Shown in pieces: positions 1-8,357 of a stretch of 64,000 bases of DNA. The notes below the pieces were generated by a model that worked only from the letters and a program-made list of their open reading frames with translations, made no database searches and was not told the origin of the DNA. Position numbers and translations under genes: made by a program. Positions within the stretch are counted from its first letter, which is position 1; every line of letters starts with the position of its first letter. Source of the stretch: an uncultured Fibrobacteraceae bacterium (GTDB taxonomy: Bacteria > Krumholzibacteriota > Krumholzibacteriia > LZORAL124-64-63); assembly GCA_964617805.1 (NCBI GenBank), contig CAZTWK010000004.1, positions 15,860 to 79,859 on the forward strand, in the 5' to 3' direction.

Positions 1-543
1 TTCCACGCCGCTGGACACGTCCAGGGCGTGGCAGACGACGGCGGCCAGGGCCGCCGGCACGTCCTCCGCGCTCAGCTTGCCCGCCAGGAAGACGGAGCGG
101 CCGCCGGCGACGGCGGCCGCCGCCTCGCGCCACAGCCGGTCGCGCTCGCCGGACGACGGCGCACGCCCCTTGGGCAGGTCGAACAACAGGTAGTCGGCCG
201 CGGCGGAGGCGGTCTCCCCCGCCCGCAGCGCCTTGATCACGGGCAGGCCCGTCCGCGCGGCCACGTCGGCCACCACGTCGTCGGGTTCGGCCCCGTGCAG
301 CTGCACGAGGTCCAGCCGGCAGGCCGACGCGGTCGCCGCCATCTCGTCGGCGGGCTGGTCGGCGAAGACCCCCACCAGCCTGGCTAGCGGCGCGGCCTCG
401 CGGACGGCCGTCGCCCCCGCGATATCCATCAACCGCGGTCCGCCGGCGAAGACCAGCCCCAGGTAGTCGGCGCCGGCCTCGTGGCAGGCGCGGGCCTCGT
501 CGGGCCGGGTCAGGCCGCAGATCTTCACGCGCGTCCGGGTCAT
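1..543 (-). CDS. trpF: phosphoribosylanthranilate isomerase TrpF, 5' part only (C-terminus runs off the left window edge)
   Basis: Reverse-strand translation from ATG at 541-543 reads MTRTRVKICGLTRPDEARAC, a typical PRAI N-terminus. This ATG overlaps the trpC stop (ATGA). Not in the ORF track because no stop falls inside the window. Confidence 0.7.
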   Translation of the reverse strand, partial: MTRTRVKICGLTRPDEARACHEAGADYLGLVFAGGPRLMDIAGATAVREAAPLARLVGVFADQPADEMAATASACRLDLVQLHGAEPDDVVADVAARTGLPVIKALRAGETASAAADYLLFDLPKGRAPSSGERDRLWREAAAAVAGGRSVFLAGKLSAEDVPAALAAVVCHALDVSSGVE

Positions 544-1328
544 CAAGATACGCCTCCCAGCTCGCGCAGCAGGGCGGCGGGATCGTCGGCCTGCAGCAGG
601 GCGCCGCCGATCAGGCAGGCGTCGGCGCCGCAGGCGGCCATCGCCTCCACTTCGGCGCGGGTGCGGATGCCGCTCTCGGCCACCGCCAGGGCGCGGCGGC
701 GCAGCAGGGGCAGCAGGCGGCGCGGCGCGTCGAGATCCACGTCGAGGCTCTCCAGGTCGCGACTGTTGACGCCGATGAGCGGAGCGCCCGCGGTGAGGGC
801 CTTCTGCACGTCGTGCTCGTCGTGGCACTCGACCAGGGCGGTCATGCCCGCGTCGCCGATGGCCGCCAGCAGGCCCGCGAGCTCGCCGGGGGCCAGGGTG
901 CGGGCGATGAGCAGCAGGGCGTCGGCGCCCGCGGCCCGCGCCAGGAGCACCTGCAGCGGATCGAACACGAAGTCCTTGACCAGCAACGGCAGCTCGCAGG
1001 CCGCGCGTGCGGCGCTGGCGTCGGCGAGACTGGTGCCGAAGTTGGGCTCGTCGGTGACAACCGAGAGGGCGGCCGCGCCGTTGGCCGCATAGACGCGGGC
1101 CGTGGCGGCGGGATCGACGCCCCGCGGAAATTCGACCACGCTCGGCGAGCGCCGCTTGAACTCGGCGATGACGGCCACGTCGCCGGGGGCGGCGCGCAGG
1201 GCCGCCGCGAAGTCGCGCACCGGGCGGGCCTCGGCCTCGGCCCGCAGCGCGCCGGCGTCGGCCGCCGCGGCCAGGAACGCGACTTCCTCGCGCTTGGCCG
1301 CCATCACCCGGCTCAGGAATCCGTTCAC
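543..1328 (-). CDS. trpC: indole-3-glycerol phosphate synthase
   Basis: 261-aa ORF with IGPS-like sequence throughout (e.g. IAEFKRRSPS, GVNSRDL). Stop overlaps the trpF start and the start overlaps the trpD stop. Confidence 0.9.
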   Translation of the reverse strand: MNGFLSRVMAAKREEVAFLAAAADAGALRAEAEARPVRDFAAALRAAPGDVAVIAEFKRRSPSVVEFPRGVDPAATARVYAANGAAALSVVTDEPNFGTSLADASAARAACELPLLVKDFVFDPLQVLLARAAGADALLLIARTLAPGELAGLLAAIGDAGMTALVECHDEHDVQKALTAGAPLIGVNSRDLESLDVDLDAPRRLLPLLRRRALAVAESGIRTRAEVEAMAACGADACLIGGALLQADDPAALLRELGGVS

Positions 1329-2350
1329 GATCCGTCCTCCGTCAAAGCCCGCGAGCGGGCCGCCAGGGTGTCAAGGGCCGCGCGCGCGCGGCCGTCGTCC
1401 ACGGCCGCGGCCGCCAGGGCCACACCCTCGGCAGGGTCGTCGGTGCGGCCGGCCAGCACGGCGCAGAAGCCGGCGTTGAGCAGCACGGCGTCGCGACAGG
1501 GGCCCGGGGCGCCGTCGAGCACGTCGCGGATGCAGTCGGCATTGGTCTGCGCGTCGCCGCCGGCCAGGTCGTCCAGCCCGCAGCACGGCAGTCCCACGAA
1601 CCCGGGCGTGAAGCTGTACTCCCGGACCGTGCCGTCGCGCAACTCGGCCACGTGGGTCGGTCCGGTGGCCGACACCTCGTCCACGCCGTCGTGACCGCAG
1701 ACCACGAAGGCCCGCTCGCTGCCCAGCCGCCCCAGCACACGCGCCAGCTTGCCGGCCAGGTCGACTCGGAAGACGCCCAGCAGCTGCCGCCGCACGCTCG
1801 CCGGGTTGGTCAGGGGGCCGAGCACGTTGAAGACCGTGCGCGCGGCCATCTCGCGCCGCACCGGCATGGCGTGGCGCATGGCGGGATGGTGGACCGGGGC
1901 GAACATGAAGCCGACCCCGATCTCGTCCACCAGCTCGGCCACCCGCTCCGGGGGCAGGTCCACGGCCACGCCCAGGGCCTCGAGCACGTCGGCGCTGCCG
2001 CACTGGGACGAGACCGCCCGGTTGCCGTGCTTGGCCACGGGGATGCCCATGCCCGCCGCCACCAGGGCGGTGGCGGTGGAGATGTTGAAGGTGCCGCGGG
2101 CGTCGCCGCCGGTGCCGCAGGTGTCGATGACCCCCTCGCGCGACACGGACACCGGCGCCGCGTGCTCGCGCATGGCCCGGGCGAAGCCGGCGATCTCGTC
2201 CACGGTCTCGCCCCTGACGCGCAGGGCGGCCAGGGCGGCGGCGATCCGGGCCGGGGCCATCTCCCCGTCCATGATGGACGACATGAACGCGCGGGCCTCG
2301 TCGCCCGTGAGGTCGTCGCCGTCGAGCAGGCGTTCCAGCAGGTCGCGCAT
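1325..2350 (-). CDS. trpD: anthranilate phosphoribosyltransferase
   Basis: Internal start MRDLLERLLDGDDLT within ORF 1325..2689. Contains GTGGD and KHGNRAVSS motifs of TrpD. ATG at 2348-2350 overlaps the trpG stop (ATGA). Confidence 0.9.
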   Translation of the reverse strand: MRDLLERLLDGDDLTGDEARAFMSSIMDGEMAPARIAAALAALRVRGETVDEIAGFARAMREHAAPVSVSREGVIDTCGTGGDARGTFNISTATALVAAGMGIPVAKHGNRAVSSQCGSADVLEALGVAVDLPPERVAELVDEIGVGFMFAPVHHPAMRHAMPVRREMAARTVFNVLGPLTNPASVRRQLLGVFRVDLAGKLARVLGRLGSERAFVVCGHDGVDEVSATGPTHVAELRDGTVREYSFTPGFVGLPCCGLDDLAGGDAQTNADCIRDVLDGAPGPCRDAVLLNAGFCAVLAGRTDDPAEGVALAAAAVDDGRARAALDTLAARSRALTEDGS

Positions 2351-2937
2351 CAGCGTCCTCCCCCGACCGCGGCGCAACTCCGCAGGAAGTTGCCCAGCAG
2401 GGTGGGGCCCTCGCCGGTCAGAATCGACTCGGGGTGGAACTGCACGCCCTCGATGGGGAACTCGCGGTGCCGCACGCCCATCACCTCGCCCGCCGAGGTG
2501 AAGGACGACACCTCCAGCTCCGGCGGCAGCGATTCCTCGGGCGCGATCAGCGAGTGGTAGCGGGTGGCCTCGAAGGGATTGCCCAGCCCGTTGTAGAGGG
2601 TGCGGCCGTCGTGGTAGATGCGCGAGGTCTTGCCGTGCATCACGCGCTCGGCCCGCTGCACCACGCCGCCGTAGGCCTCCACGATGCACTGGTGTCCCAG
2701 GCAGATGCCCAGGATGGGCGTCGTGCCGCCCAGGCGGGAGATGAGCTCCAGTGAGATCCCCGCGTCGCTCGGGCGGCCCGGCCCCGGTGAGATGATCAGC
2801 GAGGCGGGCTTCAGCGCCACGGCCTCGTCCACGCCCAGGGCGTCGTTGCGCACCACGTGCACCTCGGCGCCGAGTGTGCCGAGGGCCTGCACCACGTTGT
2901 AGGTGAAGGAATCGTAGTTGTCGACGAGCAGATGCAT
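2350..2937 (-). CDS. trpG: anthranilate synthase component II (glutamine amidotransferase)
   Basis: 195-aa C-terminal segment of ORF 2350..4566, starting MHLLVDNYDSFTYNVV. GICLGHQ catalytic Cys and HPES triad motifs. ATG overlaps the trpE stop (ATGA at 2935-2939). Confidence 0.9.
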   Translation of the reverse strand: MHLLVDNYDSFTYNVVQALGTLGAEVHVVRNDALGVDEAVALKPASLIISPGPGRPSDAGISLELISRLGGTTPILGICLGHQCIVEAYGGVVQRAERVMHGKTSRIYHDGRTLYNGLGNPFEATRYHSLIAPEESLPPELEVSSFTSAGEVMGVRHREFPIEGVQFHPESILTGEGPTLLGNFLRSCAAVGGGR

Positions 2938-4418
2938 CAGAACCCCTCCTCGGCGATGGCCACGGCCCGGCGCAGGGCGCCGATCTTGTCCAGGGTCTCC
3001 TGGTACTCGCGCGCCGGATCGCTGTCGGCCACGATCCCGGCGCCGGCCTGTACGTGGTAGACGCCGTCGCGCACGAAGAGCGTGCGGATGGCGATGCACA
3101 TGTCCATATCCCCGTTGGGACCGAAGTAGCCCGCCGCGCCCGCGTAGGGGCCGCGGCGGCGTCCCTCCAGCTCGCTGATCACCTGCATGGCGCGGATCTT
3201 GGGCGCCCCGCTGACCGTCCCCGCAGGGAAGGAGGCGCGCAGCACGTCGTACATGTCCAGGTCGGGCACCAGATCGCCGGCCACCCGCGAGACGATGTGC
3301 ATCACGTGCGAGTAGCGTTCGATGGACATGAAGGCCTCGGTCTCGACCGTACCCGTCTTGCAGACCCGGCCCAGGTCGTTGCGCCCCAGGTCCACCAGCA
3401 TCACATGTTCGGCCCGCTCCTTCTCGTCCGCCAGCAGTTCGCGCTCCAGGGCCAGGTCGGCCGCGGTGTCCTCGCCGCGCGGCCGCGTGCCGGCGATGGG
3501 GCACAGGCTGACCCGCCCGCCCTCCAGCTTGACCAGCACCTCGGGCGAGGAGCCGACCACCTGCACGTCGCCGTGGTCCATGTAGAACATGTAGGGCGAG
3601 GGGTTGAGAATGCGCAGGGCCCGGTAGATCTGGAAGGGATGGGCCCGCGTCGGACCGCGCAGGCACTGGGAGACGACGATCTGGAAGCAGTCGCCCTCGA
3701 GGATGAACTCCTTGGCGTCGCGGACCATGCGCTCGTACTCGTCCTGCGACATGTTGAACTCGGAGGCCTCGGGGGCGCCGTCCCGGGGCGCGGGCGATGC
3801 GGGCAGCGGCGGCAGGGGCGCGCCCAGGGCGGCCAGCAGCTCGTCGATGCGGCCGGCGGCCGCGTCGTAGGCCGCGGCGCCGCCGCCGTTGGCCGGCAGG
3901 GTCACCAGTTCGATCTCGCACTTCACGTGGTCGAAGACGGCCAGGGTGGTCGGGATCACGAAGCGGTAGTCCGGCAGGTCGTCCAGCCAGCCCCCCTCGG
4001 GCAGGGGCACGCGCTCGAAGCGGCGCACCGTGTCGTAGGCGATGTTGCCCACCGCGCCGGCGAAGGGCGCGGGCAGGTCGTCGCCCTCGAGATCGGCGTA
4101 CTCGGCCAGGGCCGCGCGGACCGGGGCGAAGAGGTCGGCCGGGTCCACCGGCGTGGTCGTCGACGCGCCGTCGCGCGTGATGACGGCCTCGTCCCCGTCC
4201 AGGCGGATCTCGGTGCAGGGCCCCACGCCGATGAAGGAGTAGCGTCCCACCTGGATGCCCTGCTCCACGCTCTCCAGCAGGAAGGCCGCGCCGTGGGGCA
4301 TGAGCTTCAGGTAGGCCGACACGGGCGTGTCGAGGTCGGCGGGTATGCGCCGCCGCAGCGGGGCGCGCCGGCCCCGGGACGTGAGTTCGAGATACGCGTC
4401 GCGCGTCGGTGCGAGCAT
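2937..4418 (-). CDS. trpE: anthranilate synthase component I
   Basis: 493-aa ORF with chorismate-binding enzyme motifs (LLESVE, GAAGYFG, IRTL) and an anthranilate synthase-like C-terminus. Confidence 0.9.
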   Translation of the reverse strand: MLAPTRDAYLELTSRGRRAPLRRRIPADLDTPVSAYLKLMPHGAAFLLESVEQGIQVGRYSFIGVGPCTEIRLDGDEAVITRDGASTTTPVDPADLFAPVRAALAEYADLEGDDLPAPFAGAVGNIAYDTVRRFERVPLPEGGWLDDLPDYRFVIPTTLAVFDHVKCEIELVTLPANGGGAAAYDAAAGRIDELLAALGAPLPPLPASPAPRDGAPEASEFNMSQDEYERMVRDAKEFILEGDCFQIVVSQCLRGPTRAHPFQIYRALRILNPSPYMFYMDHGDVQVVGSSPEVLVKLEGGRVSLCPIAGTRPRGEDTAADLALERELLADEKERAEHVMLVDLGRNDLGRVCKTGTVETEAFMSIERYSHVMHIVSRVAGDLVPDLDMYDVLRASFPAGTVSGAPKIRAMQVISELEGRRRGPYAGAAGYFGPNGDMDMCIAIRTLFVRDGVYHVQAGAGIVADSDPAREYQETLDKIGALRRAVAIAEEGF

Positions 4419-4464
4419 GCCAATCCTCCAGCTCTACGGTTGCCGTCGAATGCCGTCGACGGCG

Positions 4465-4493
4465 CACAAAAAACCGCCATCGTCGGATGGCGG
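4465..4493 (-). terminator. GC hairpin (CCGCCATC-loop-GATGGCGG) followed by a 7-nt U-run on the minus strand: intrinsic terminator or trp attenuator
   Basis: Seen directly: the inverted repeat ccgccatcgtcggatggcgg at 4474-4493 is preceded on the plus strand by cacaaaaaa, i.e. a T-run after the hairpin on the minus strand. It lies between the DUF255 gene end (4712) and the trpE start (4418). Confidence 0.4.
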
Positions 4494-4711
4494 GTCTATC
4501 GGTATCGTCTCTCGTCTGATTAGGGGAGATTCGATCCGCACCTGCCATCCCGACGGCGCATACCATACCATCGCCACCAGCGGTGGTCGACGTGTGCGTC
4601 GCGGTGCAGGTCGTTGCGGGTCATGCGGACGCTCTCCTCCTCGTGGAGCGGACAACGTCGCCGCAAGAGGCGGCGACGTCCAGTAATGATACCGCATCCG
4701 GACGGCCCGGG

Positions 4712-6967
4712 TCAATCCCCCCGCGAGACATCCCCCCGCGAGACACGCCGTTCGCAATGGGGCCAGCGGTTCCGCAGCTGCCCCCGCAGGGTGGCGCCGT
4801 CGGTGGCCGGGGCCTCGCAGGCGCCGAAGCGGCAGACGTAGGCGGCCGGCGCGTCGTCGAGGGCCGTCTTGCCCCGGGCGCCCGGCAGCAGGGCGGCCAG
4901 GTCGTCGCCGGGTCCGCCCGCCGGCACCGCCGACAGCACCGCGTAGTGGGGATCCAGCTCCCAGAAGGCCGCGCGCAGGGCGGCGGTCCGCTCGGCGGCG
5001 GGATCGCCGGCGATCACCACCTCGTAGTGGGGCCCGTGGTACAGGGACGCGGCGTCGGCCCACCAGGCCATCTCCAGGCCCGCGCGGGCCAGCCAGTCGC
5101 CGTGGCGGGCGAGGATCTCCCCCACCCGTTCGCGCCCGGCGGGATCGCCGGCCAGGGCCGCCTCGCGCAGCAGGGCGTGCAGCATGGCCGAGGCCCCCGA
5201 GGGCTCCACGCTGTCGAAGAGGTCCACGCGGCGGCCGAGGGGCGCCTCGCCGCCGGCGGCGGTCAGGAAGAAGCCGCCCGCGGGGTCGGCGAAGAGCTCG
5301 CCGGCGGTGGCGAGCAGCTCCCGCGCCCGACGCAGGTCCCGCGGGTCGCCGCCGGCCTGGTAGAGGTCGAGCAGCCCGCCGGCCAGCAGGGCGTAGTCGT
5401 CGAGGATGCCCTCGCCGCTGCGCACGCCGTCGGTCGACGCGCGGCAGAGGCGGCCGTCGTCGTCGCGGTGCAGCTCCCAGAGGCGGTCGGCGGTGCGGCG
5501 CGCCGCCTCGAGATAACGGGCGTCGCCCAGCACGGCGTGGCCGCGCGCGAAGGCCGACAGGGCCAGGCCGTTCCAGGCGGTCACCAGCTTCCGGTCCAGG
5601 CCCGGCCACGTGCGCGCGGCGCGGTGGTCGTACAGGGCCTGGCGATGGCGATCGAAGAGACCGGCCATCTCGGCCTCGTCGCGGCCGAACTCGGCGGCCA
5701 CTTCCACGGGCGACACACGGCGTGTGAGGATGGACTTGCCCTCGAAGTTGCCCCCCTCGGTCACGCCCAGCAGGCTTGCCAGGACGGGGCCGTCCTCGGG
5801 GCCGGCCACCGCCGCGATCTCCGCCGGCGTCCACACGTAGAAGCTGCCCTCCTCGCCCCCGCTGTCCGCGTCGTAGCTGGCGTAGAAGCCGCCCGCGGGA
5901 TCGCTCAGGTCGCGCAGCATGAAGTCGAGCAGGTCCACGGCGATTTCCCGGTAACGCGCGTCGTCGAAGACCGTGGCGGCCTCCAGGTAGAGGCTGGCGA
6001 GCTGGGCGTCGTCGTAGAGCATGATCTCGAAGTGGGGCACCAACCAGGTGCGCTCGACGGTGTAGCGGTGGAAGCCGCCGCCCAGGTGGTCGTGGATACC
6101 GCCGCTGCCCATGGCCGACAGGGTGTGCCGGATGGCCGCCGCGAGTTCCGGGTCGCCGTTGCGGCGGTACTGGTGCAGCAGGAAGCGCCAGCGCAGCGGG
6201 GTGGGGAACTTCTGCTCCTGGCGGAAGCCGCCCCAGGTCTCGTCGTAGCTCTCGAGGGCCTCGGCGGCCAGGGCAGCCAGGGCCTCCGGTCCGGGCACCG
6301 CGTCCCCCTCGCGGACGATGTCGCGGGACAGGTGCTCGGCCACCCGCTTCGCCTGGCCCACGAGCTCGTCGCGTCGTTCGTCATAGGCGGTCGCGATGCT
6401 GCGGCAGAGGTGCAGGAACGGGTCGCGGGGAAAGTAGGTGCCCCCGAAGAAGGGCTCCAGGTCGGGCGTGAGGAAGGCGGTCAGGGGCCAGCCGCCGCGC
6501 CCGGTCATGGCCTGCACGGCCTCCATGTACACGGCGTCCAGGTCGGGGCGCTCCTCCCGGTCCACCTTGATGCAGACGAAGCGGGCGTTGACCAGGGCCG
6601 CCACCGCGTCGTCCTCGAAGACCTCGTGCTCCATCACGTGGCACCAGTGGCACGAGGCGTAGCCGATGGACAGGAAGATGGGCTTGTCCTCCTCGCGCGC
6701 CCGCGCCAGCGCCGCCTCCCCCCACGGATACCAGTCCACGGGGTTGTGGGCGTGCTGGCGGAGGTAGACGGAGCTCTCGTCGCGCAGGTGGTTGCCCTGG
6801 GCGCGGATCTGCGCGGGCGTGCGAAGCCCGTCGTCGCGGTCGGTCATGGCGGCTCCCGTGCACACGGCCAGGAGCGCCAGGAACGCGGCCGTGCGCAGAA
6901 GTGGCAAGACACGGCGTCGGCGCGAAGGCGCCGCCGCCTTATTGAGAACGGTTTTCATTCTGCACAT
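4712..6967 (-). CDS. thioredoxin-domain protein, DUF255/YyaL family (N-terminal thioredoxin-like fold plus six-hairpin glycosidase-like domain), secreted
   Basis: 751 aa. Signal peptide, then the hallmark DUF255 motif IGYASCHWCHVMEHEVFED. Long alpha-helical C-terminal domain. Confidence 0.8.
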   Translation of the reverse strand: MCRMKTVLNKAAAPSRRRRVLPLLRTAAFLALLAVCTGAAMTDRDDGLRTPAQIRAQGNHLRDESSVYLRQHAHNPVDWYPWGEAALARAREEDKPIFLSIGYASCHWCHVMEHEVFEDDAVAALVNARFVCIKVDREERPDLDAVYMEAVQAMTGRGGWPLTAFLTPDLEPFFGGTYFPRDPFLHLCRSIATAYDERRDELVGQAKRVAEHLSRDIVREGDAVPGPEALAALAAEALESYDETWGGFRQEQKFPTPLRWRFLLHQYRRNGDPELAAAIRHTLSAMGSGGIHDHLGGGFHRYTVERTWLVPHFEIMLYDDAQLASLYLEAATVFDDARYREIAVDLLDFMLRDLSDPAGGFYASYDADSGGEEGSFYVWTPAEIAAVAGPEDGPVLASLLGVTEGGNFEGKSILTRRVSPVEVAAEFGRDEAEMAGLFDRHRQALYDHRAARTWPGLDRKLVTAWNGLALSAFARGHAVLGDARYLEAARRTADRLWELHRDDDGRLCRASTDGVRSGEGILDDYALLAGGLLDLYQAGGDPRDLRRARELLATAGELFADPAGGFFLTAAGGEAPLGRRVDLFDSVEPSGASAMLHALLREAALAGDPAGRERVGEILARHGDWLARAGLEMAWWADAASLYHGPHYEVVIAGDPAAERTAALRAAFWELDPHYAVLSAVPAGGPGDDLAALLPGARGKTALDDAPAAYVCRFGACEAPATDGATLRGQLRNRWPHCERRVSRGDVSRGD

Positions 6968-7054
6968 GATAGTCGCAATGGAACCTTCTGCACCTCCCGG
7001 TTCAACGACGGCAAGCCCTTCCTCGTGGACGGGTCAGCTTTGATCCAACATCAA

Positions 7055-7198
7055 GAACAGATGAGTGGAGACGCTTCAGTCCGGGCGTCGGGAGGGGCCT
7101 GGAGCCACGGATGACGGATGGCCCCGCACGCCGAGCTGCCCGGCGACAGGACGTCGCCGGGCGGCGCCCCGGGCTGAAGCGTCTCCACTCATCTGTTC
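7055..7198. repeat. structured palindromic repeat, copy 3 (inverted orientation): 25-bp perfect outer stem, inner hairpin, diverged core
   Basis: gaacagatgagtggagacgcttcag (7055-7079) is the exact reverse complement of 7174-7198. Inner hairpin cccggcgac-aggac-gtcgccggg at 7139-7161. Core resembles copies at 20.5 kb and 52.1 kb (tggctccag motif). Confidence 0.6.
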
Positions 7199-7233
7199 GT
7201 GTTGATGATCACCAGGCATACGCGTCCACGCGC

Positions 7234-8208
7234 CTAGGACTTGCGCCCGACGATCACCTGGCTGTGCACGGCCACGTCGACGATCTCGAACTCGGCGAAA
7301 CCGGCGGCGCCCAGGGCCGCGACGGTCTCGGCGCGCGTGTAGGAGCGCCCCTGCTCGCTGCCCACCAGCATGTTCACGGCGAAGCGGGCGGCGAAGGGGG
7401 GCGCACAGCGGTCGTCGTCCAGGAAGAAGTCCTTCACCAGGATGCGGCCGCCGGGGACCAGAGCGGCGTGGGCCTTGCGGTAGATCAGGGCGATGGCCTC
7501 GTCGCCGAGGCTGTGGATGATGTTCGACACGTAGACCACGTCGAAGCCCTCGCCGAAGTCGTCCACGAAGTAGTCGCCCTCGACTGCGCGGACGCGGTCG
7601 CCCAGGTCCGTCGCGGCGATCACCTCGCGGGCGATGGCCACCGTCTCGGGCAGGTCGAAGACCACGCATTCGAGATCCGGATGGGCGGCCGCGAAGGTCA
7701 GGGCCGACGTGGCCGGACCGCCGCCGAGGTCCAGCAGGCGGCGGGCGTCGCCCAGGTCGACGCGCTCGACCACCTCGCGGCTCGACCCGCGCGAGATGTC
7801 GCGCATGCCGCAGATGTAGTCGCGGTGCTTGCGGGCCGAGGGGACGCGGGGCACCGGCCGTCCCGTGCGCAACGTCTCCTCGAGGCGCACCCAGCGCTTC
7901 ATGAGGTGGAAGTGGTGGGCGAAGATGTGGGACTGGGAGTTCTCGCCGTCGCGCAGCAGCAGCGCCGCGTTGTCCGGCGGCAGGCCGAAGCGCCCCGTCT
8001 CGTCCCGCGCCAGGACACCGGCCGCCGCCAGGGCGTGTAGCAGGATGTCCACCGCGCGTCCGTCCAGCTCCAAGCGGGCGGCCAGCTCCGCGGGGCGGTG
8101 GGCCTCGCGTCCGAGGGCCTCGATCAGGCCCGTCTGCAGGGCGGTCAGGAGGATGGCGGCGTTCTGATAGCCGTGCGCGAGCGTTTCCAGGCGTTCCTTG
8201 GCGTCCAT
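7234..8208 (-). CDS. class I SAM-dependent O-methyltransferase (with N-terminal dimerisation/winged-helix domain)
   Basis: 324 aa. LDLGGGPAT SAM-binding glycine motif. Overall plant/bacterial O-methyltransferase family architecture. Confidence 0.75.
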   Translation of the reverse strand: MDAKERLETLAHGYQNAAILLTALQTGLIEALGREAHRPAELAARLELDGRAVDILLHALAAAGVLARDETGRFGLPPDNAALLLRDGENSQSHIFAHHFHLMKRWVRLEETLRTGRPVPRVPSARKHRDYICGMRDISRGSSREVVERVDLGDARRLLDLGGGPATSALTFAAAHPDLECVVFDLPETVAIAREVIAATDLGDRVRAVEGDYFVDDFGEGFDVVYVSNIIHSLGDEAIALIYRKAHAALVPGGRILVKDFFLDDDRCAPPFAARFAVNMLVGSEQGRSYTRAETVAALGAAGFAEFEIVDVAVHSQVIVGRKS

Positions 8209-8317
8209 GGCGGGCTCCTTCGGTTGGTCGTCCCGGACCCGATTCTAAGGGCTGTCCCGTGCATGGCAAGACCGCTCTGGACGCCGACGCGCCGGCAGCG
8301 CCGAAAAAACGGGGAGG

Positions 8318-8350
8318 GCCCTGCGGCCCTCCCCTTCGCGTGTCCGTGCG
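8318..8350 (-). terminator. intrinsic terminator downstream of the rhodanese lipoprotein gene
   Basis: Hairpin ggggagggcc-ctgc-ggccctcccc. Read on the minus strand it is followed by TTTTTT. Confidence 0.5.
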
Positions 8351-8357
8351 GGCGAGG

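Noticed and set aside
4434-4570. Possible trp leader peptide MVWYAPSGWQV...
   Set aside because: It has only two non-adjacent Trp codons. It would extend through and beyond the terminator hairpin, and it has no SD. It is more likely the tail of a spurious long ORF (4434..5834).
4583-7114. 843-aa plus-strand ORF
   Set aside because: It lies entirely antisense to the well-supported DUF255/YyaL gene. It has a Gly/Ala/Arg/Val-rich high-GC composition, no motifs and no start context. It is a typical GC-genome antisense artefact.
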